A DNA stretch of 63,794 nucleotides, counting the filler, from Pelomyxa schiedti (taxonomy: Eukaryota; Protista; Evosea): NCBI GenBank assembly GCA_020536535.1. It is 8 parts of 8 records of this genome, joined end to end, with 100 filler letters (N's around TTAATTAATTAA, not from the genome) between each part and the next. Parts side by side here need not be neighbours in the genome. Positions count along the whole stretch, not along the records: positions 44,637 to 52,782 come from JAHLWZ010000454.1; positions 52,883 to 63,794 come from JAHLWZ010001252.1; 6 more parts are not named here. One strand, given 5' to 3'. The position numbers and the translations under genes were made by a program. This document shows positions 48,227 through 59,441 of the stretch, one piece after another; within the stretch, counting starts at the first letter, position 1, and every line of letters begins with the position of its first letter. A model generated the notes under the pieces. It did not search any database, was not told the origin of the DNA, and was given only the letters and a program-made list of their open reading frames with translations.

Positions 48227-49488
48227 ACAAGGTTGACCCACATTGGTTGCTCCTATCTGGATCAATGGGTGGTGATTTTTTGAATGAATTGGATACCAAA
48301 ATGAAGGGAGTGAAATGTGCTGTCTCAGAATTAGATCACCTGTTGTCTTTGTGTTTGAACAAAGATGGTGAAGTCAAATGGGAGAAAGGAGAAAAGTTTG
48401 TGACAGCATTGAGAGAACTAATTGACCAAAAAAAAGGAAAAAGAGGCAAAGATGAAAATTGAAGAAAAGAAGAACAAAAAAGAAAAGGTGTGTGTGATTC
48501 TGTAGAATACACAAGCAAACTCTCTGCAAGCACAAGCACGAACACCGAGACTGAGAGACTGACCTGCTGAGTCAGCACTCGGACCTGACATCTTAGGAAA
48601 TCGAGTTCGCAGAAATCTACCTGATCGTTCACCTCGATTTCAAGTCGTTTTCGAGTCCTTATAAGCCCAACACACTCCGACCTTAGAATCACGACTTAAA
48701 CCTCACAAATCTAAACAAACAACAAACAAACAGAATAAATAATAGAATCCTTTCTTGATCTCGTTCTTGTTCTCTGCTTCACTGTCACACAACAAACTAC
48801 ACATCCCCACAGAAGCACACAGGTGCATCTTTTCATAAAAAAGGTAAAAAAAAAAAGAAACTCTCACAATTTGTGTTAGTCACTGTATCTGGACTTTGTC
48901 ACAAACAATCCTCACACCTGGAGGTTCTTAATTGTATTTTCATCACCACTCTAAAACACATTTGAAGGTGCTGTTTCTACATAGCCCATTCAGTGCAATT
49001 TGGAGTCAACTCAAAAAAGTGTACATTTGGCAAGATGGAGGTTTAAAAACAATGCAAAATTTAGGCACTATAAACACTGTCTATCCCCAAGTCAATACTT
49101 AAGCTGCTTCGTTTTTAGATTTTAATGAAGTTCACCAGCAGTATCCCAACTCTGAATTGAAGGCTTCTATGCATTTTTTTTGCTCCACATCGTGGACACT
49201 CCAGCAATGTGAAAAAGCATTTGAGAAACAAGCTTTCTGGAAATCTTCTGATGAATAGTAAGATCATAGTAGACACAATGGCTGACCTTCCCCACAGTAC
49301 AGCATTTGAGCTTTCACACAAATTTTTAAGGTGAAGACTACCTCAAGATCATTGGACAAAGAAAACACTCAAAATTACTGAGTCTGCTCAAGTGCACCAA
49401 CAAGCACAAGCAAGACAGTCTAAGCACCACTTTGGCTTAAATGCCTTCAGAGGCCTCAGACCAGAGCTGATTGAAAGAATAAGAAATG

Positions 49489-49561
49489 TGGTTTTGTTTT
49501 AGTCGCGGCTTTTACCCCCCCACAGACGGGGTTCGATCCCGGCCAAACCAATTTTTTTTTT
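49489..49561 (+). ncRNA. tRNA-like remnant (B-box and oligo-T), incomplete cloverleaf
   Basis: GGTTCGATCCC (49530-49540) followed by GGCCAAACCA and a T10 run; TGGTTT/AAACCA could pair; D and anticodon arms not recoverable. Confidence 0.3.
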
Positions 49562-49627
49562 ACATTTGCGCAAATCTGAGCGTGTTATATCTGATGATTT
49601 TTATTTTTGCTCCGAAACTTGTGTTCG

Positions 49628-49789
49628 TTCATTCACAGGAACGGCCGGAGCGTTCATTCTGATGGCCTTTCCGTGAATCCCCCGCCGTTGTACCACGGAA
49701 AGGTTGTAAATAGGAATAATAACAAAAATAATTCTTCTTGATAGACACTATCACACACAGCTCAAATGGGAACGAGAGTCTTATCAGAT
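49628..49789. repeat. Direct repeat of about 160 bp, copy 2
   Basis: See 47341-47501; contains the hairpin CCTTTCCGTG...CACGGAAAGG. Confidence 0.9.
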
Positions 49790-49844
49790 CTCAGAGAAAT
49801 GGTGAAATTGTGTCTATCAAAGAGATATGATGGAAAAGAGCATC

Positions 49845-50442
49845 TCAAGATTTGAGCACTGCTATTTGAGAAGGTGTGAGGGTAGCGCCCTGTATTATAT
49901 CCACACGCATCTTGTATCCAACAATCAGTGTTGATGTTGTTGCACGATTATCTGGGACATCAATGCGAACCACAAACTGTACACGAACATCTTTTTTCCC
50001 TTCAGGTGTTTCAATTGTAAGACAGCGGCACTGGTTCGTTTTTCGTTCAACCCCTTTCAGATACATGAGGTTTTTTCATTTTTGATATAGTGCTGATGAA
50101 GAAGAACCTGTAGTGTCTTGTTTCATCAGAAGTTCAAAGACCTCCTTTCCCATGGTGGTCAGCTCCTTTTTTGTGAGTGAGCGTGCAAAACAAGTGTCAA
50201 CTGTATCCCTGATGTGCTGATCGTTCATTCCAGAAGAAAAAGTTGCTTTCACAACATCTTCCTTTGTTTCCACCACACCCTAGGAATCTTTTACTTGAAC
50301 CATTCGCATGCTTCTTTTGTACCAGGGAATCCTCCATTTTGAAATACTTCTGAGCATCACGTTCCAGGCCATCCTCCACATTCGTAAGACACTGCTGGGT
50401 ATCAATTACCCGGGTCTCCGGCTTGCTGTCACTCCCCCCCAT
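49845..50442 (-). CDS. Unknown protein of about 166 aa with an N-myristoylation motif, paralog A (3 exons)
   Basis: MGGSDSK...MEDSL|GVVETKEDVVKATFSSGMN...LLMKQDTT|GVERKTNQCRCLTIETPEGKKDVRVQFV...STLIVGYKMRVDIIQ; both GT-AG introns restore the frame. Confidence 0.8.
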
Positions 50443-50615
50443 CTCGCTTTTTTTTGTTCCTCATTAACAGTACCAAGTTTAAACCAGCTGAACAAACAAA
50501 AAAATACCTGGTTTCCACGAACTTGGAAGCTATTCAGCGAACACAGAAAAGTTTTTGTTGAGTTGCCTCTGACCAAGTTACACTAATAGAAATTATAAAA
50601 AAGAAGGGGGGAGAC

Positions 50616-51234
50616 ATGGGCTCTTCAGACAGTAAGGTCGAAATACAATGTGTACCCCAGGAGCCATACATCCGGGGACTCGTTAGCAGTTTAGACGCAG
50701 AGTTACAGAACGAGGCAAAAACCTTTTTCAACACCGATCGTACCCTGGTTGCTCCACAATTCTACCAATTTACCCTAATGAAGAGCCTATAGGATCTGGT
50801 GGAGTCAAAAGAAGATGTTGTGCAAGTTTCTTTTTCTTCTGGAATGAATGCTGGGCATATGAACGACACAATTGACTCATGTTTTGCACGTTCACCAGCA
50901 AGACAAGAGCTGGCTGCCATTGGGAAAGAAGTGATACAGCTTTTGATGAAATCTGACGTCAGAGGTTTTCTCTTAGTTTTCTTCACCACACATAGTCATA
51001 TCAAAAACAGAAGTGGTCCGCACAACAAGAGACTGTCGTAACCTCACAATTCATACTGCCGAAGGAAAAAAGCATGTGCGCCTCCAATTTGTGTGTGGAA
51101 TCCGTTCCACAACGGCCAATGGACGCCTCTATGGCTCCTCTTCAACACTCATTGTTGGTTACAAAATGCGGCTGGATATCATTCAAGAAGGTGCACTCAC
51201 TGCTGCTGATCTAAGGTCTGTAGACCTTTTTTGA
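50616..51234 (+). CDS. Unknown protein of about 175 aa with an N-myristoylation motif, paralog B (3 exons)
   Basis: MGSSDSK...TDRTL|DLVESKEDVVQVSFSSGMN...LLMKSDVR|EVVRTTRDCRNLTIHTAEGKKHVRLQFV...STLIVGYKMRLDIIQ; intron 1 at 50748-50792; same intron positions and phases as paralog A. Confidence 0.8.
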
Positions 51235-51840
51235 GATGCTCTAGGACCTGCCAAAAAAAACCAGACTCCTTGTTGTTTTTCTCCAAGTCTTTTTTAACGG
51301 TAAAATTATGCATCGGGACTCATAGATAGAGCACCCGAATCATTGGACAAATAAACTTGGAAGCAATAACTGTGACGACCTGGGGTCAAGATGTAAGAAA
51401 GAAATTACAAACACGAGCAATAACATACTCCCTGGGCACGCGAGGTTTCTTTTTCTCGGGGGCGTGGTTTGCTCCTACGCGTCGTGGCGGCTTCGAGAGC
51501 CAACAACAAACTTGGTGCGATGGTTCCTTCCGACCTGCCTGTGGTGAGTAGCGCGTTACAGCCGACCGTCTATTATTACTGCGACATCTGTATGGTGGCA
51601 CTGCAATCATCATTTTTATAGGAAAACGGGTCGATTTATGTGCTGCAATGGTGACGAACAGCGGCGATTGGGTGGCGAATGAAGTGAAGGGTGACCCAGA
51701 AGCACAGCAACGAATAATTACAAAACTTGCATGTTGTGGCNNNNNNNNNNNNNNNNNNNNNNNNNNNNNNNNNNNNNNNNNNNNNNNNNNNNNNNNNNNN
51801 NNNNNNNNNNNNNNNNNNNNNNNNNNNNNNNNNNNNNNNN

Positions 51841-52362
51841 CACAGAACTGATGTCATTGGAGCAGCTCCTTTGTGACATGTCAGCCTACAACGGAGACGT
51901 GAGAACGTATATCTCTGAACACATCGTCACCATTCCCAGTTGCCCCAGCATTACGCACCCCTCCAGCACCCGCAAGTTACCTCCAATTCCATTGTTCCCA
52001 GACCACAACCCATCCCAAACAACACCAGCAAACCATTCAACAGCCACAACCACAAGCACAACCACCACAACAACAGCAGAACCCACTTCCACAGCCACAG
52101 AATCAACACCGTTCAAAAACACATCTCAACCATGGTTCAAAAGTGAACCCATGGCCCAGCAACCCTCTTTCATTCCACCTTTGGATGCGGAACCGGAAGC
52201 TGAAGACACAAGATGATGAAGCCCATTGCACATTGACTGATTAATCAGTATCACACCAATACCTCCGCCACATTACACAGTCAGCAACTCATGATTCAGG
52301 TTGGATGGAATTTGTTGTTTCTGTCCAAACCAAGAGAAGAGCTATAAAACACAAGGAATTTT
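51841..52362 (+). repeat. Second, diverged copy of the 3' end and downstream flank of the CTD phosphatase gene (46771-47274)
   Basis: Near-identical sequence with several substitutions and an 18-bp in-frame insertion; begins at a 100-N gap. Confidence 0.9.
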
Positions 52363-53047
52363 CTTTTTTTTACCCACTTGAAGAAAAAAGAATACTTTCA
52401 ATAATTCCTTGCAAGGTGTGAGATGGTTGTACAGTCGAACGACCCAATCTAGCCTGTAGAGCTGCTAGAAGTAAAAGTCATGTGCCATCGGAATCTCGGT
52501 GAAAAGAAACTTCGTTGGAATGAAGAGTGGAACACGGATGGAGCTGGTTTCTTATTATTCCCACCTTGCTGAATGACAGTGCAAACATATTGCTTCTGGT
52601 GGTTTTCCGAGTACAAGTGCGTACTTATCCGCAGGTTCTCCAAAGACCAAGTAATGGCGGACTATTATTCCAGCATTGTCGGGGGAAGTAGCACAGATTC
52701 CTACCGGGGATGTACAATCAGTACGAGAGCTATTGCAGCTGCTTGTGGAGGAATGTGACATCAATACGAAAACAAATGCCAANNNNNNNNNNNNNNNNNN
52801 NNNNNNNNNNNNNNNNNNNNNNNNNNTTAATTAATTAANNNNNNNNNNNNNNNNNNNNNNNNNNNNNNNNNNNNNNNNNNNNACTTGTCACCACACTTGG
52901 AGGCACAAATAACGACGTTCCTGTGTCTACCTCAGTTGTTGCTCTCGTTGGTTTATTGCGTCCCATCACTATGCAACAACCAATTTTTTTTTTCTTGTCT
53001 TTAGTACTAGAACAAGATCGTCACTATTATACACAGTAACAAAGGCA

Positions 53048-54400
53048 TCAAAGAACCCCATCGTGTTTACAGGAACTTGATCGGGAAAAAAAATCACCGC
53101 CCATTGATCCAGATATGGTGGCCGGCGGCCCAATCACGCCAACATCAACAACACCGTCAGCAGCAGAAGTAGTAGTAGCAGCAGTAGGAGCAGTAAGTTT
53201 TTCTGCCGCCGGCACCGCCGCAGTTGCTTCACGACTGCTCACGTCACCACTCCGGGGGCTGGCGCCGGTGCGTGGTTGTGGTTGTGGTTGTGCACGTGCA
53301 CGGGGGAGAAGCGAGGGGAGACGATGGAGCGGGCAGGGGCAGGGCGAGGCAGGGCCTTTGTTGATGGTGGCCCCCACCAACCACGAGGCGAGGCCGTAAG
53401 CCTCATTCCTCCTACGAGGAGTATTTTGCCAAACACTTCCGTGTGTCGAATTCCAGGTCCTCAAATGCTACTCAGGTCGGTTATGGGTTGCCGCATCAAT
53501 GGCTGGGAACCTAACATCGGTCACTTTGTCCAAGAGTGCCAATGAGCACAGAAATCGGAGAACCTTCACGTACACGTCAACACACCGAACCACCATCTGC
53601 CAGTGGGGAGCCCAGCGACACCTAGGACCCAAAAAAAGCATCTTTTTCTCGAGAAGTTCTTGCCAACGTTCGCAGTGAACTGGAATTATAAAGCGATCAC
53701 TGGCCATAATAGTATTCAGTACTCGGGGCTGTTACTTTGGGTTGAGTTCTCTTAGAAATACAAAGATACACTTCGCCTGACCTCCTCAGCAACACGTGGG
53801 AGGCAACAGTGAGGTTCCAATCATGACACCAATAAGCTTTTTTGATACATGATTCTTGTGTGATAGACTGTTGCTCACGATAGGTGTTTTCATCACCCTT
53901 TTTCCCATCTAATTTGAGTCCAAAAAAGTGGAGTTCCGTTCTATTTTCATTTGTCCCCGGTGGACTACGCATTGGTAATGTTGTAGCTTGATATTGTCAA
54001 CTCACCTCGATTCAGGCAGAAGGTGGAATCTGACATGGTTAAGGTTGCTGGCTTCCTTGATCGTGGTATTAAGATTGCTGTTGTGTTGAACAAGGATGTG
54101 GACGCAAGTAAGAACCTGACGAAGTTGTTGGTTGGACTAATCCCATAATTAACCCGCTGGGAAAATCTGTGCTGGTTTATGCGCCGAGTTTGTCACATTT
54201 CTTCGGAGGTTGATGCATTTGAGGTGTGCTCCTTCGACTTTAACATCAAGAATTGTGGAGTTGTCCGTTGGAAACCCAACTACAAACCCAAACAGTTTTC
54301 TCGTAAAAAACCCAAGTTTAAAACTTCTTCGAAATTTTGCCCCCAAGGTTGACGATTTCATCGATAATTTGGGGGGCTGATTTTCCTCCGCGAGCCTCAA
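53048..54400 (-). pseudogene. Decayed gene of unknown family, with a possible C-terminal variant of the 'SP..RLP.LL' motif
   Basis: Chain of ORFs broken by stops and frameshifts, ending in LASWLVGATINKGPASPCPCPLHRLPSLL. Confidence 0.35.
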
Positions 54401-54716
54401 ATCAAATGTGTTGTCTCAGGGTCTGCCACTGTGCTCACTGCGAGCAAAATCCGTGGCCCTTTGACTGCCCATGCCCCTCTGGTGATGTGGTTCCCGGCGC
54501 ATCGAGCGCCGTGGGGCCGGTGGCTGAAGGGTCATTTCCCACAGCTCAGTGACAGATCCACGAGGCGGCGCAGGGGTTCGTTGGGGTTGCACACCTCACA
54601 ATCATCTCCTTCTTTTTTGTCAAAATCCGAATTTTTAGGGTGTTGTGGTACATACTACTTCCACAAGGAACTTGTGGTATTTAAGAAGTCTCTTGTACCA
54701 TTGAAATTTTATAGAC

Positions 54717-55845
54717 CTAGGAGACATTGAAGACAAAGTACCTCCCTAGTGTGTCAATAGTGAGAAGAATAAGGCCAGATGCAGCATAAATGACTTGGAT
54801 GAGAGGACCTTTCTCCCTTAGACCCAGTTCATTTCCAAATACTATGTGGTGTGCCTCATCACCCTTGGGAAAATGCCTGAAGCACATATTATTTGGAGCC
54901 ATTACACTGTACACCTCTGTAGTGGGATATGCTTCAGTCAGAGCATAATCTGGACCCCCAATTGGATCCAGTGACATACGGCTCCCTCGTCCCTTTCCTC
55001 TGCCTATTAAGGCAGTTTTCACACCAGTAGTAAGGCAAACAAGCTGAGAATCCCTGCTCATTGTAGTGTACCACTTTCCTGCCCAGCACCACAGCTTTGT
55101 GAAACAGTTGTAATTTTGTGGAAGAGTGTGCTGACTCACAATCCTTAGCTCTTTGTGCTCAAGTGTGCCCATGAGGTCTATGACAATCAGTGCACAGCTT
55201 GATTTATTTGCATCCAGTTGCACCACAAGTGAGTCATCGCCAAGGAACTGCAGGCTGGTTGGCTCCCATGGCAAAGTAATATCAATATTGGTTACGACCC
55301 CAGCCACAATCCCACCAAAATCCCAGATTGTAATAAGAGGTAGGCCTTGTGTAAAAACCACCCACCTGCCCCGAACAGCCCAAGTGTACCTACCACGTTG
55401 TGGATCGATTCCCAGCAACCACAGCCACTACATTGCTGGTCTTTCCACTGCTATTAACGTGATGGTGTTGAGCACACAAGTCAATGACCTTCATGCACTT
55501 TATTCCCTGGGTATCTATTGTACCCAGCAAAGGGAACCTATGGCCAACAGACTGTGGCCCAACCCATCCATAAAACTTCCTCTTCTTTTTGCCAAAGTCA
55601 ACGACGGCCGGGTGGTCACGATCCCCATTGTGGGAGACACGCTGAACTCTAGAGATTGACGAGGAGGTGCTTGGCTGGGTACACGACCCACTCGCGGCCG
55701 ATGAGCGACAGCGACGCGGGCGTGAGCACTCCCGACAGAGCGACCGCAACGTCCCACAAATTGAGTACGTGCGTCGTAGGCATATGTGGAACGGGTCGAC
55801 GGTACGCGACGAGAAAGAACGACGTTCAGCGACGCGGTTCATCAA
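54717..55845 (-). pseudogene. 'RCGARSPAR-motif' family member with a frameshifted 5' end
   Basis: VGRCGRS and LTPASLSLIGREWVVYP and FSVSPTMG are spread over different frames (compare 36812); intact 3' part with LIVIDLMGTLEHKEL and IQVIYAASGLILLTI. Confidence 0.65.
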
Positions 55846-56539
55846 AAGTTTTTCTTGTTGAAAAAGAGGGAATGGGTTGGGCCGTTGTTGCTTGTGCTGT
55901 ATGCGTCGAGGTCTTGTGCGCCAGCGTATCTGACGTTCTATTATGGGTCATGTTAGACTCGTGCGAGCGCCGATCCAAAAACTCCAGGCAACCGCGAGTC
56001 TGTATGCTGGGAGCCGAAAGCGGCTGGGGGGGGAATCCCGGAACGCCACTGTTTTATGCGGGGCTGTGGGGTGTTGGGAGCCTCAGGACGTTGTCCATTG
56101 TGGGACTGGGCGTGGCCGCAAATCTGGGTGTCACTTGGTGTGTAACAATGTGGCGCAGGGGTTTGACCTCCACGAGCATTCAACAATTTGGATTATGTAG
56201 TACTTTTACCTGTGACTGAGGAGTTGTTCTCTTGATGCCAAGGCTTGGCCGGTGAGAGCCCACTCTTTTCATGACCTTCTTACACTTATTATTTCTGTAT
56301 CTTTGTTTGGTTTGGGGCTTAGTTGGATAGGGTGGATGATGGCTTGCGGAATACAGGCTACATGGTTTGCCTCGAATCACTCAGAGGTTTAAGTTAGTTT
56401 TCAACTGTGGGATCAACTGCCACTATTACAGTTGTTCTTTTTGAGACCAACTCACGTCTGGGCATGCAAAAAAGTATCAATGCTTGTGTTGCGGAAAGCT
56501 CATCGTTCCAAGTTCATCTTTCCTACTTATTCTACAGTC

Positions 56540-57816
56540 CTAATTCTTGGGCAGCGCAGTATCGTTACAACTGTGCCTCATGTGAGCACGACGTATCGAA
56601 TTTATGTAGAAAATGTTTCCCCCAAGCTAGTACAGTACATAAAGAGGGACACCATTTTCAGAGGTGTGCTTGTTTCACCTTTCCTTCACTCCTTTCCCAA
56701 ACACACCTTCTTAATACCAGATCCCAAAAGCATCAACTACCTTTATGGCTACACTTGCAAAGAGCTACTATTCTCAGCGTTTCATGTATTTTATCACTTT
56801 CTCCTTGTGCTACTATCAAGCAGGAGTATTCTGCGAGACCTTTCCTTGGTATTCCCTCCCTTGGTGGGGATGATTATATGTGGCTTTCCTATGGAGAAAT
56901 CAACAAACGTGTTGAGGTTTTCTTGTCCAGTCCTATTTCCACTTACTATATCGGAGATTGAGTGATAATCTTTCTCAACTCCATCGTGCAACTCCAGGAA
57001 GCACCGTCGCCATATGTGGTGATAATCATCGTGCTGGATAATATGCGACTATGCTCTTCTCTGTGCCTCGATTGTGTCGGTTCCAATTGACCCACACGCG
57101 AACCCAGAAGTGTCCAGTAGAATAGTGCATTCGGCACAAGCTTCAGTTATTGCTTGTGACGACGAGTTCTTCAACCAAAATATGGAAATGCTTGTACTAA
57201 TTTGACTCCATATACTTTCCTCTAATCCCTCTTAAGAAATCTATCAAAACTCTTCGCAGTATTATTGTGGGGTAAGAACTCTGTGAAAGGGGAATGCACT
57301 TTGAACTGTAAAGGATGGGGAGCTTTAAGAACTTATATGAGATTACAAGGTGAAGGTACCAATGACACTAGTGGTGAAATTTGCGTCGAGAGCAATTCTG
57401 AATATTTTGACAATGCCCCCTTAAATGCATCACAGTTTCTCACAATCAATGGAAAACGATACTTCCGCACAGTGGTGGCAAAATCGCAATTAAGGCACGA
57501 ATTGGTTCTGTTGTCAAGGTATCTATTTCAACCTGTTGCCATTCTAAAATTTTTCCCCAGCTTTCACAAGGTGAATTTGTGCTTGGAAGTGCTTGAGAAC
57601 ACTTTTGAGAAGTCACCTGAAATTCTGCAAGCTTATGTATATGGATCTGCTTTCACTCCATCAGTCGTTGTGTTATTGTTCCAAAAAATCCTTCCCCATC
57701 CAGGAGTGGCATCAGAACTGACATACTCAATCTTTCAACTGAAAATCGACTCAAGCCCTGGGAAATACCACAACACTCGAAGTTATCAAGTTTGCTGCCT
57801 CTGTCTGGTCCAGTGA
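56540..57816 (+). pseudogene. Decayed ZZ-type zinc finger + long-chain acyl-CoA synthetase-like (AMP-binding) gene
   Basis: RYNCASCEHDVSNLCRKCF...HKEGHHF; RPFLG...YMWLSYGEINKRV; SGEICV..EYFD...RYFRT; LENTFEKSPEILQAYVYGS; central adenylation motifs missing. Confidence 0.55.
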
Positions 57817-59063
57817 AGAAACACCTCCATCACATATCAAGTGTGAACGTTTTACGCGGTAAGGGTGCAGAAGATCACCCTGAGACACCCTCTCTGAACT
57901 CAACAATGCACCTGGGTACGCTGCCACCAAATTTGTTTCTGAAGTTCTTTCAGTGTCTGCAGGGCATTCTCTTTCTCTGCCTCGTGTTGTGGTTTATCGC
58001 CCATCTACGATCTCTGCTCACTCTGAAATGCCTGACAAAGGGCTCAACAGGGTTTCGTCCTCAAATGTAAGCCCCAGCTCTCTCATTGTGACTTCAATTG
58101 CAGGTGACCGCAAACCACAAAGTAACCTCGGTCATCGTCGAGGCACCTCAAACCTGTTGTTTAGTGAGTCGATCGATGCAGGTTTTGAAGGAGATACAAA
58201 CCTCATCCAACCTGATGTTGTGATCCCTGATCAACCTCTAAGCCCTGGTGTCGTTGACCTCGATCAAATCATACAGACTCCCACAAGGCTGACCCTCAAA
58301 AGGCTTACACCTATTTCAGGAAGCCAGAATCCCTGCTGTGGCGCAGGGTCCATCACACCTCGCCACACCTGCATTGGCGATTCAACAAGCTTCGACATGC
58401 TCTTCCAATGTAATTTCCTTTCAATGTAGGATGCGATCTCAGCATTACCATGTGTGTGCTTGGGGAAGACCCGTCTGGATACTACTTTCGCTGAGCGTGA
58501 CTGTTTGCATTAAAAACTCCACTAGATCAACACCCTTGATTCTTCTCCGGCGACCACAAACCTCAAAGAAGTGGGACTGATTCAGCTGAATAAAACCATT
58601 TCCAACCATCCACTTGATAAACATCAGAGCACTTCCTGCCTCAAACCCCATTCCCCTTCCCTGCCCCAGCCGCCAACACAGCCGGCCACACCAGGCCAGT
58701 GCCCCTCCACCCTCCCGCTCCCGCTCCCACTCCGCCACCCAACGTGCTCCTGGGCCCGGGAGAGGTGGCCGGCCCCGCACAGGCCCCACAGCACCGCCGC
58801 GCACTCCCTCGCGTTGTCGCTGGTGGCCTTGCCGCCTCATCCGCGGCCGGCCCGGGCGCCGTCGCCCCCGCCGCGCACACGAGCACGGTGTAGCGCGACT
58901 GCTGGTAGCTTCCGCCGCGCCCAGCAGCCCACCCAGACCACGTCATTTGCCTGTCTCCATGTTCGAGATAGAACCAATTTTAAATGACGACATTGTTTTT
59001 TTTTTCCCGCGTATTGGATATGGGGGGAATGAAGTTGACCAAGTAAGTGGGAGGCCACCCAGC

Positions 59064-59441
59064 AGAGAAACGGGCAGAGGATATATGAGCCCCATCAACA
59101 AATGGTGGTAGAAATGAGCGGGGTAGAAATGGGCAAGTGTAGATATGAGCTTCGAACTTCGTAGATATGAGCTTTGCGTTTAGAAACGAGCAGTAAGTAG
59201 AAATGAGCACACAGAGCTCCAAGAGCTCTGCACAAGTACCTGCTTAATGTACATTAAGCAGCGTGATAAAAGTAAAGAGTAAGATACACCCCTTTTTTGT
59301 CTTCAAGAGAATCAGAGGTGTTAGATATGAGCCCCATCAACAAATGGTGGTAGAAATGAGCGGGGTAGAAATGGGCAAGTGTAGATATGAGCCATGGTGG
59401 TAGAAATGAGCGGGGTAGAAATGGGCATAATGAATATGAGC
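59064..59441 (+). repeat. Array of about 15 copies of the 12-bp motif GTAGAWATGRGC, including a perfect 68-bp duplication (59083-59150 and 59325-59392)
   Basis: Direct reading of the sequence. Confidence 0.9.

Noticed and set aside
58571-59111. Multiple overlapping ORFs in a GC-rich island
   Set aside because: Stop-poor because of GC content; no frame gives a recognisable protein
59064-59441. CRISPR-like repeat-spacer appearance
   Set aside because: Repeats are only 12 bp, spacers are short, irregular and duplicated, there are no cas genes, and the context is eukaryotic
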